Origin: Parasitella parasitica NRRL 2501
Taxonomy: Eukaryota > Fungi > Mucoromycota
Assembly: GCA_025201805.1 (NCBI GenBank)
Contig: MU619343.1
Location: 49,889 to 113,888, forward strand
Direction: 5' to 3'
Length of the DNA stretch: 64,000 nucleotides
The notes beneath the pieces were generated by a model. The model had not been told where the DNA came from and searched no databases. It worked only from the letters and a program-made list of their open reading frames with translations. The translations under genes were made by a program, and so were the position numbers. Shown here in pieces: positions 51,637-64,000 of this stretch (the stretch's first letter is position 1; the number at the start of each line of letters is the position of its first letter).

Positions 51637-52179
51637 ATGTGTAAGCATATCCTTAACGCACAGGTAAATTTTGCTCAGCAAAACAATAAATAACACAAAT
51701 AATGGGAATTGACACTTGAGAAGGTTTCTATCCGTGCTCCCTGCTGTAAAAAGTGGTTTGATTGCGCCGAGTGCCACGCTGCTGTGTCGGACCACCTGCT
51801 TAGCAAGTCAAACGAAATGGTGTTTGCTTGCAAGAAATGCAAAAAGGTTTTCCGTAAAGACATGACGTGAGTAAAATTGTGGGATTGATTAGAGTAGGAG
51901 TACCCAACAGTGACGGTTCGTTAGTGATTACGAAGACGAGGATGAGTTTTGCCCTCACTGTGATAATAAATACGTGGTGGAGGCTTTGGAGCCCAAGGCA
52001 AGTCTTGGTATCGAGACTGAAGATATACGAGTGGATAATAGGTAAACTACAGTATATTTTTTACATTGTAGATACTTACACAAGTAATATAATGCAGAGT
52101 TGTCAGGGACGATCGTATAAGATCCGCGCAGAACATAAGCAGTGTTTTTAACATTGATGGATCACATATGATGGGTTAA
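51637..52179 (+). CDS. CHY-type zinc-finger protein, 4 exons
   Basis: MCKHILNAQ|VSIRAPCCKKWFDCAECH...FACKKCKKVFRKDMT|DYEDEDEFCPHCDNKY. Confidence 0.9.
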
Positions 52180-52496
52180 ATGTTATTAGTCAGGCAATAG
52201 AAATAAATGTTGATGCAAAATATCAGACCAAGAGTGCCACACACGCAAATGCAGATATATTGGTATTAGTGAAATCCCAATCAAGCCCAAGGCATTGCAT
52301 CAGCGACACACCATCCAAGCCATCTCTGGCCATCCCTCTACATTATCAAAATTTAAAAAAGCACTGTGATATCGAAATTAGCGGTTGATCGTATATCATG
52401 TATTATGTGGTGGATCATATTTAGCTTATGGCAGCCCTAATCCGAAATTAGCTCAATAATGACGTTTGAAAACGACTAGAGTTGTTTCCAAGTTTA

Positions 52497-55279
52497 TTAC
52501 TGCTTAATAGCATCACAGCCAAACGGGATAACCACAGTTAGTTTTCTATCCGAAATGTTTGAACTTTTCGTGCTTTCAGGTATCCAATCGTATTCAGGGG
52601 CAATAAAGAACTGAGCACTCGTAACTTGCTTTCTTCTTTCAAATCTCGTCATGGATGTAGAAGGTGAGATGTCTCGAATACTGACATTGCTACCACGACG
52701 AGAGATATCATGTGGTAGCAAAGAGGGTCTAATAAATTTGCTTTCTTTTTTCTCATGGTTTTTTAACAACAAGGCAATATTGTTAGCATAATGATCCGTT
52801 TGCCATAATGGCGTTGGTATTATCGACACATCATTATAGCCACTGTCATCATCATCGTCATCATCCGTATTATCTTGCTCTTCTTCGTCATTTTCGTATG
52901 CTGAAACGCTGTTTTGATTATGGTCTGTAAAATCACTAGGGCTTTTTCTTGAGAAGTATGTGGACGAGCTTGGTGAAACGAGTAATGAAGGCGTTGCCAT
53001 CACAAGCTCATGTGGAATTTGTGGCGATTCGCCCAGCAAGACCTTACGAAGCTTATAAATGGCAGCATCGATGGCCAGTTCAATTTTGAGACTATGATGA
53101 ATCTTGGACAGATCTTTAATATAAAATAGTTAGTGTTTTGAGCTTTATTTATAAGGTATTGTATACTTGCGATCCCATGCAACTCTTTCTCCTCTTTCGA
53201 TAAAGTTTACTGCTTCTGCCCGTGATAGATTTGTCAGAATTTTGCCAACGTCTGTAAACGTCAATTCGGGCGACAAAGTGATATCACCAACGTATCTTTG
53301 AGACAGTACGCTTTGTAAACGTAGAATGGCATTTGAAGAAACGCCAATCTCTATCAGTTGAGAGCATCGATGCTGGAATTCCTCCTTGATTAAACGTAAT
53401 GCAAAATTGATGCTTGTCCTCAACAAGGTCGGCTTTCCTTTTCCCTTGTGCAAGTAGGGGGCCACATGAGGGTTGACTACGTATTTTGTGAGCACAGTGA
53501 AAACCATTAGATAGAGTTAAAAATTATACTTTGAACCACTATGAAATGATTCACGCTAAACATTTCGGATATTCTCTTCAAGGGTAAATCACTAGTTAAA
53601 AGTATTAGAACATACGCACATGTTCAAGTTCAATTTTTTAACACTTGCTTGTCGATTGAACCATCACGGTATTTATCGTCTAGTAATGCATGTTAGATAG
53701 CAATATAGATATACAATGTGGAACATTTACCTGTAGGTGTCCATGGTTTCAACCCACCCTCCTTATCCTTGACATATAGATATCCGTCCGGATAAACCAT
53801 AGGCACGGCGCACGAGATAATGCTATGATAATGTATAATTAGATACATGTCGAAGGTTGAGACCCGTATTATATTTGTATAAATATAGCAGTGCTTACAC
53901 TGCCGACCAGACAACCTAAAGAACGCAAATGTCAGGGCTTTAATTTTCAGGGAAAACAATAAGAATTTCAACTTACAACATCGGGCGCCGTAATGTAGTT
54001 AAGCAATCTAGGCATTTCATAAATGCTAGTCGAGCTGACAGCTATATTCAAAATAAGTTGCGACCGATTGTACGCTTCGCTAAATGTGATATCCCCATAT
54101 TGCTCCCTTAATGCCTCTTTAAGAAATACAGGATCGTAAAAACTGCCGCTAAGTAGATAACGGTTGAAACGAAACAATAGAGATTCTGGAATATCTGGAT
54201 GGCTGAATACGTTCTATATATCCTATAAGCGTTAATAAGAGAATAATTTACAACATATATACATGTATTCACCACTGGAATAGAGTTGTTATCATTGAAC
54301 ATGGTAATCCTGTCTTGCTCATTCAATGTACAAATGATAGACGCCATAATGCTACCAGTTGATGCACCTGATAGAATCCGAGGCAGAAGCCGAGCATTGA
54401 TCAGTGTTTTCAAAACACCGACGTGGAAAAAGCCTTGTTGATTAAAAATAAGGTTAATCAATCTGTGTAGGCAGTTGCAGGTTAACTGACCGACCTAAAG
54501 TGCCACCACCGCTCAGCAACAGAGCAGTTCTACCGTAGCTGTGTCTCAGATTCATGAAATAGTCATGCCTCTGTTTAAAATCCATATCTGTTGTTGGGGC
54601 AGTGGTATCTCCAATCCATTGCAATTGTTCAATAATGTGATCAATGTAGTCCGAAATCAGCTTCTTTGTGCCGATACAAGAGTGTTCGAATAGCTGCGCA
54701 TCAAAAGAGAATTAGCATGTGAAATATACAATTATGAACATTACATACTGCACTGTTGCCCATATCACCCAAGTTTCTGGATAAACTCAGTCTCAAAGCA
54801 AATGTCATTGCCCTTCGATTTTGCCCAGAGGAACGAACCTGGTTGATCTCAGAAATACGGGATTGCAGCAGCTTATAGTCGTAATCCTTTGAAACAGGCA
54901 AGTTTTTCCATTCGTTTGCACCCGTCAAATCATCCAATGCCAGGGCTGCTTGGCTCCATTCCTTGTACGATTTTGCAGAATCCAGTTTTTTCTGGAAATA
55001 TTCAAGATACGAGTCTTTTTTATGATAACTTGTTGAGCGGCTTCTTTTGCTAAAGCTGAGCAAAATGGCGCATTTGATCAGAGCGTAGAGATTTTCAAGC
55101 AAGGTCAGCCAGGGCTGCATGAACCTTAATGCAGCACTACTCAGAGTAGGTTTCACCCACATGCTCTCGTTGGCAGATATGTCTGCAGTAACGATGGAAA
55201 CAAACAGCGTTTTGAACATGAGAAAATATTGGAGAGAAAGGGAGTCAAGTTGGTCAAGATGGTGTACTTTATATACCAT
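52497..55279 (-). CDS. Patatin-like triacylglycerol lipase (TGL4/TGL5-like), multi-exon
   Basis: YGRTALLLSGGGTLG, GASTG nucleophile motif, PRLLNYITAP, DGSIDNDLP; start codon uncertain (55279 or downstream). Confidence 0.92.
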
Positions 55280-55754
55280 TCAGAAGAGTGCAATATCCGG
55301 TAAATATGCATATCGTAAAGGCATGTGCCTTATAATATATATATATAATTATATATATATACATCGTATATCGTTCTTTTTTTTGATAAAATGTATAGTT
55401 TCATTCTACATGATATCATCAGTCCACAATCTACCATTAAATTTATCTATGTTTACGAGATGCAGTTTGCACTTGTGCTTAAAAAGAAGAAGGAATCCAA
55501 AAAAAATGCAGCACGTCCATATGTTGTATTTATAATATTGTTCCCTCCCTCTCTCTCTCTCCTTCTCTCTTTCTAATCATCACGTAGACACTGGCTTCTT
55601 GTTATCCAAAATCTTGTTTTTATATTATAAAGCATTCGGTACAAAAAAAATATGGTTTTTTTTAAAGCCGTTTATTAAGAACGGGGGGGGGGGATAATAT
55701 GTAGTATTACATTGTATTTGATTCTATTTACAAAAAGGTATATAATTTCAAGAA

Positions 55755-57317
55755 TTATTGATCTATGTGCTTGATAACATCAGCAAAGCCTCTCATTTTG
55801 TTGCATTCATTACGCAGGTTATCAGAAATGGGGGAATCCCATTGATTGCTTGCAACAAATTGACGGGAATATCGAAGACAGAGCTCCTCACGGAAATTAC
55901 TGTAGACTTTGCGATTAAATAAGCGCTAGACACACAAATATTAGCAGGACGCTTCTGAGCTTATCAGATTCTACTCTTACCTCTCTTCTACGGGTGGCCT
56001 CAGGGTAATTGTGCGATTGATGGATGACAAAGTCATTTGGCAATACATAGTAGTCGATACCCGATATATAAATTTCATAGAGACAAGCAGCTTTGTTTGC
56101 GCCATACCCAATGAAACGTTCATCACACCATGGCGACCCTTGTCTTTTGAAGATGACATATGGTTCGTATGAAAAGTTGTAATCTTCCACAAGATAAGGT
56201 TCTGTAGCAGTGTACCATTTAAAGTAATTTGTAGCAGAATGGCCCTTTTCCCAACTTCGATGAAACATGTCTAGTTTTTCTTCTTCAAATACCTCTGTCA
56301 GTAAATCATCCTTGGTCTGAGGAAACTCTTTGAAGCCAAAGCCGTCCGATTGGGCAAGGTATTCAAACGCTGGTATAACCAGTGCTGTATTGCCTTCCCT
56401 CAACTTGGCCATGATGGCAGAATTTTGCAAAATGCCTTTTCGGAAGTCGGTGCAGAGGTAAAAGTCGATATCCAGCATCAAAATATAGTCTGTACGAGCA
56501 TAAAGCTTGGCTGTGTTTCTCCACATGTTGAACTGTCGATCAAATGAGTCGATGATCAAATGAACATCAACATGTCGTTTCATATCTGGGTTACCTTGGT
56601 ACGTTTGCTGCAGTTTATCCAGAGTACTTTCCTTTTGTTCATCATCGTTGACATGAATCGCCGCTGAAATGGGACCTGTGCATGTCCAAATGGAAATTTC
56701 TGTTAGGTCTCTTGTTTTGTGCAACAAACGGTATCTCCGTATAAATACCTTGGTAACTAGACGCTAATCTACTGAGAACGGGAAACCGATCACTGGTTAC
56801 AATAGTAGAGATTGAGATGTCTTCGTTTTTGGAATTTTCTGTAGCTTTATAGTAGTAAGGATGGATATCAGACGGTCCCATGGCGCCAGAGAATGCCTTG
56901 GACTGGAAAATGGGATCAGTGGTCATGTCAGTGCTTGGCAATGACGCTATTTAGTAGTACAGATGTTACTATACATTTTACACAGTATACATCATAGTAA
57001 AGACCACAACTATGCATACCAGAATAGTTACCTTGATTATCCAAATGTCGTTGCGACAATTGCAGTTGGTCGTAAAAGATGATGCTCTCCGAGGCGTCTT
57101 GCTCATCTCGTTCAATGGATGCTTGATCAAGAGGGGCAAAAAAGAAGGATTCCTTATTTTGTGTCATTGGCTCAACCACATTTTCATGGTTTTGAGCATA
57201 TGGAGTACCTGTTATGTTGTAAAATCGAGATGCTGCATACACGATTGAAACGAAAGCATATGCAATCAGCATGCATTTGAAATATTTTCCAAAATGCTTT
57301 GAAAAGTGTTCCGTCAT
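55755..57317 (-). CDS. GT49 (LARGE/B4GAT1-like) type II membrane glycosyltransferase
   Basis: N-terminal TM; YQGPISAAIH; FNMWRNTAK; MLDIDF (DxD); ALVIPAFE; YEPYVI; CDERFIGYGANKAAC. Confidence 0.9.
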
Positions 57318-58777
57318 TTTATTATATATTATAATGAGTGTATAGAAAAAGAGGGGAACAAAATGAGAAGGTGCTATTTGCTGCTTGTGTATTTATATAC
57401 TTATCGTTTTCGAGTGTCATAATGAGGTTGATTATAATTAAACAGGAGATTCTTTTTACAACATTAGTATAAAATCTGGCCAATGAGTTTCCAAAGCATT
57501 CTTCTCACCTTTATGTAGTAGAAGTCCAGCGAAAGGATATGTTTCAGCTGTTTGCTTTTTTCATTTGTGCTATAAAAAAAAATGGGAGTAACATGTAACG
57601 CGAAATATTGCTGCTATTTTAAAATAATGGATAATTGATATTTTTGTTGTCGCTGATATTAGAAGCTTTTAGTCTCAAAAATAGAAGATATTGAATGGAT
57701 AATTGTTGTGGTGTGATCTGTAAATGCTCATCATTTAGCTTAAATAAGGTTAAATCCTATATGGATGCAAGGTATATTGTACAGAAAAGAATTTTTTTTT
57801 TGCTTATCTTCTAAATAAAGTGATAATATAGTTTGATCCCATCACTTTGACAGGCATTCTTTCGGAGAAGCCTTTAGTGTAACGAAAAACAGGGTTCTTT
57901 TATTTTGTTTATCCTAAAAGTGGATCGAATATCCTTAGCCTGCAGTTTTGTATACCTTATATCGTACCAATGTTTAATCTTCAAACAAAAAAGACAAGCT
58001 AATCTTTCTGCTATTAATGATTCCATTGGCATAGAGAAAAATTGTCTTAGATATGCGAAAATCAAACTTATGGCACCAAAAATGAGAATACATAATTAAC
58101 GTATATACTTTTATATACATGTAAACCGACTTCGGCTATCCAAGAACATGTTATGTCGACAAGAAGCTCGCCACAATAAAGTTAAACTTCAAAAGTGAAC
58201 CTGATCTATTTGGTGTATCAAGATCGATCATATCGCCGGAGTTGAACTGGTGTATCGGTTTTCAGGAACATGTTATATGTAAAGGGTTTTTGATGCTCCA
58301 AGATAGCACATGATAATACTAAAACAAGTGTAGATAAAAAATCTATGATATGGTATATGAATGCATTTTTTATTAAAGAAAATAAATGCATTATTTTAAG
58401 GAAAATAGATTATGTAATCATATGTGGGAGCTTCTAACGTATTGCTGTAAAAATCCACATTGTAGAAACATCTAAAAGTAAGAACCGGTGTTGGTTTACA
58501 ATGTCGCTTATATATTATCCTAAACTATAGGACTGAAGATTATGCATTGACGGCGCCGACAATATCTTAATAACTGGCCATTTTTTGCCTCAAAACAATC
58601 AAATATACCACGTCATGATGGATAATGGTTCGGGTTAGAAGCCGCTACTTTATTACACAGACGACGCCAAGATTATAAATTAACATCGTTCTCCGCCAAT
58701 AGTTATAATTATTCTAAGTTGGTTTTCTCCCTTTTCCAAACCCTTTCTTTGTTTATTATCATAAAGATAGATACAAA

Positions 58778-60660
<1,883 letters not shown>

Positions 60661-60740
60661 TTTTTATATAAACTTTTATTTCATACATCTCTTGTGTTTT
60701 ACTCCAATAAATAATGCCATTTATGTATGTTTGAATTTTA

Positions 60741-61472
60741 TCACTGATCCTTTTTGTCTATCTGTTCCTTGGCCAGTATTTGTTGTTCAGTAGGCAAATC
60801 ATCACCTGTCTTGTTATGGCCGATACGGGCAACCACACTGCGTGATACTTTCTCTTCAATTGGCTTGAATACTTTGTCAACAATGTGTTCAATAGGTTCA
60901 TCAAATATGTACGGTAAGAAAGGCACGATACCAAGACCCAATAATGTAGGTCCCCATGCTTTCACCTTGGCATTCTTTATGTTTTTAAAACCATAGGCAC
61001 TGTATTTGACAATTGAGTGGATAGTCATCATAGGAAATGCCATGGACGCTAATGATTGGAAAACACCTCTTTTCACCATGGTAGTAGCAACTACAGCATT
61101 TTCCTACATATTCCCCACTCCAATAAATGCCCAGGCCCCATACATCACAATAAAAATAACACTTACTTGTCCAGCATGATGGGATTTATACCCTTCATAG
61201 CTTACATCCAAACCCAAATAGAGCCAACTAATACCGTAAGCAGCTGTAACAACGGCAGGAGGCACAATAGGTCTAAAGGCTTCCCCAACGTCTGATGTAT
61301 ACGCTAAATAGCGAGTCGATGCGGCGAGAGCTGTTCTCAATCTACCAGCATAGGCCAAGTAACGAGCATTTCCCTCAAGTGAATCGACTTTTCCTTCAAC
61401 CACCTTTTCTGACAAAGTTTCATTTTTGTTTGCTTGATTTGGCTGTTGGTTCAAACTCTTATTATCAACCAT
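60741..61472 (-). CDS. MTFP1: Mitochondrial fission process protein 1 (MTP18), 2 exons
   Basis: RYLAYTSDVGEAFRPIVP...AYGISWLY; FQSLASMAFPMMTIHSIV; PTLLGLGIVPFLPYIFDEPIE. Confidence 0.92.
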
Positions 61473-61599
61473 TTTTATGAAATACTATTGAGAAAAAATA
61501 AAAGGAAAAGAAAGAGAGAAAGTTAGTGCACTTTCCTGTGAATTTTATTTCATTTCGAATTGAAAAAAATGATTGGCATACTAAAGAAATACTTTTTTT

Positions 61600-61609
61600 N
61601 NNNNNNNNN
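61600..61609. other. Assembly gap (10 N)
   Basis: Run of n. Confidence 1.
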
Positions 61610-62496
61610 CTGGCCCCTTCCCCAGCCTTCCTTTTTGATACAATGCGGCTCTTAACGGGCCTGAATTTCATTTCGGTAGAGTCATAATACATTATCGTTG
61701 ACGAAAAAAGTGTCCCATTTGTTCATACCTGTGCATGTGTGCACCTGCCTGTATTTGATTTGAAATAAATGACAGTAGCACTCTGCCGTTGCTCTTTAAA
61801 ATTTTCAACAATAAACAGCACTACATTATCTGCCCCAGAGTCCAATAAAGCAAAGAAATGTATCTTCACGGACCATATGTTTTTTTGTGCAAGCTTATTG
61901 ATATCACCAAATTGAATTCATTCTAATCAGAGATCCGCAATACGCTAGAAGACTGTATTCATGTAGTAATAGTGATACAAAGTAATCTGAATTATACTAC
62001 ATTTTCAGATTAGCAATATATATCTTTGTCATCGAGATATCCATTGCCGAACCAAGGGTCCGCTAGTTTTATACCATGTAAATCCATACCAAATATAAAA
62101 TTTAGCGAATAAACCATGTCCAGGTTCTGAATCAAACTTAATGAGTACATCATTTTGACACGTCTTGTGGTATTTAATATATGGCTATTAGTAAACTAGA
62201 GCCATTTTTCTCTTTTTTGAAAAAATTCATTAGTCTAGCTGGTGTGTGCAATTTTGTGATTTTTACATGTTCTTGATGAAATTTATTAAATTTTCATGAA
62301 TTCAAGAGCAATGAAAGGTAACTAGAATAAAATGTTTAGGTAGATATGAATAAAGATGAAAATTTGCTTTTTGTTATGTCCGGTTTCTGATAGAGATAGG
62401 AGGGGAGGACACATTAATATTTATGGAGGGCTGTTCTGCCCCTGTAATCCTAAGAAAAATCGCTTGTTTAGTTAGATCAAGACTTTTTTTTTTGGA

Positions 62497-62680
62497 GGAA
62501 ATACTGATTTATCAAGTAAAGAAATCGCATATGACATTCAAAATAAAGGGCTCGTATACTTTCTACGAGCGAAAGAAATGATATGAGGATGTAGATCTTA
62601 GTAGTAAGATCCGGGAAATAGGGTAGACTATATGTATCTACCGCAAATATCATGCATGTTTAGTTTCATATTGATTATAA
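62497..62680. repeat. Dispersed repeat copy B, homologous to about 21011-21190
   Basis: Exact 21-mer AGATCCGGGAAATAGGGTAGA (62607-62627 = 21122-21142) inside a longer colinear, diverged match. Confidence 0.8.
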
Positions 62681-63198
62681 AATCTCTAATTTGAAGGACT
62701 ATGTTTTGTTCCTAATATAAATTGTGATCTAGTGTTTTAAATGAACCAAGTTTGTTGTACATTAGTATAGATTTATAGACATAGTAATTATGTATTTTAC
62801 CAGAACTAATGTCGGTATTAGTTATTTGTAATTTAGAAGTGTGCAAAAGAAGGAGAAGACAGTGTAGAGAGGGGTAGTTAACATATTTATGTTATTTCGG
62901 GTAGGTCAAGTAACACCATCATAATGTCGGTTTTTATTTGAAAAGAGGCTTGCCTCAGAACATCTCTAGTATCTTAGTATCTGCTGTTTTACTCTATTGA
63001 TAAGGGTTTGTATTACATTACATTGACATTCATCAATATTGCACGCAGAAAATATAAATTTATGCGAATTCATTTAAAAATTATATTTTATCTTACAAAT
63101 GCACAAAAGTTTTTGCGATTTTTAAACATAATGCGAAGCTTCTTTGCTAGAGGATGAAGCATTAAAGCGAAATAACTGTGTACTTGCAAATTTTAACA

Positions 63199-63201
<3 letters not shown>

Positions 63202-63251
<50 letters not shown>
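63202..63251. repeat. 50-nt poly-T tract
   Basis: Direct reading. Confidence 0.95.
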
Positions 63252-63252
<1 letters not shown>

Positions 63253-64000
63253 GTGTATAGATGAACTGCGCTATCAAAAATTAACATATTTCTAAATGTT
63301 AATTTTGAATTCTTACGCACTTTTATTTACAATCGTAAATGAGGTAAAGACAAAGACTCAAAGAGCTTTTTTTCTAAACATATTGCTATTTATTGAGTAA
63401 TTAAATTCAATACAAACGGCACAACAGGATAGGCAACATTCAACGTATTCAAAACATAACAAAGACTAGAAATTCTTCTCAATTGAACTTGGATTTTGCA
63501 GGAACCCTAGCAGCAGCTAGCTGACCTTCAGTAGAATTTTCTGTGTCAATTATTATAGGATATCATAGTTATTATTATTTTGACTGCATTATCAAGGCAA
63601 TCGCTTAGACTGGATTTATAGCCAAGTGTTGGTAATTTTTTTTTAGTAATAAATTATAATAATCGAATTTATAATAGTGAAATTTTTTGTATAAGAAACC
63701 ATATATTTTTTTTCTACCAATTCTAACTTAAATAAATCCAACTTAATACTAACAATTGCCATATTATATAAAACGAATTAATGTCACTCAAAATTATGAA
63801 AATATGAAAATTATTTCTTCAGATGACTTCTAACATAAGGGTACGGTTGCCCAAGGGAAAGTTTTACTCAGATATAGCCTTTGTTATATCAATAGCATGC
63901 CATAGAGCCTGTAGCAAGATTAAGGGACTAAAGCCAATGTGCGTGGTAAATCAGGGTGATGTGAACTACTGGCAGTCTTTCACACATCTTATTTGAATTA

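Noticed and set aside
58196-58230. GAACCTGATC resembling a TPP riboswitch core (similar at about 2857)
   Set aside because: No upstream CTGAGA, no downstream GCG/AGGGA elements, and no thiamine gene nearby
62134-62148. AAACTTAATGAGTA resembling the U12 snRNA 5' end
   Set aside because: The match does not extend into AAGGAAAA or the downstream stems

Overview
Gene-dense, AT-rich eukaryotic DNA with short (about 50-70 nt) spliceosomal introns. The proteins and repeats point to a Mucorales fungus (Mucor/Parasitella type; inferred, not proven). I reconstruct about 31 protein-coding genes. Recognisable ones include a Myb+C2H2 transcription factor, calponin/SCP1, MIC26/27, SAL1 carrier, SDH3, ESA1, SUR7/PalI, SCS7, pICln, Atg31-like, an atypical eIF4E, YSH1/CPSF73, TMA46, an ABCC transporter, an EBP-family protein, ENOSF1/lgd1, HUS1, a CHY zinc finger, a TGL4-like lipase, GT49, a Slt2-type MAPK and MTFP1. 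Several genes are split across introns and are invisible or fragmented in the ORF track. The most notable signal is a decayed Fanzor1 (eukaryotic TnpB-derived RNA-guided nuclease) at about 20.7-22.3 kb. It carries a spliceosomal intron, a nested insertion that recurs at about 62.5 kb, and a candidate omegaRNA scaffold at its right end. Other candidates: an orphan protein with degenerate GHKL and transducer motifs (possible meiotic TOPOVIB-like subunit), a multi-hairpin ncRNA between SCP1 and MIC26, an intronless bacterial-type VC0807 membrane protein, and two GC-AG introns. There are three 10-N assembly gaps. All family calls come from motif recognition by eye; no searches were run.
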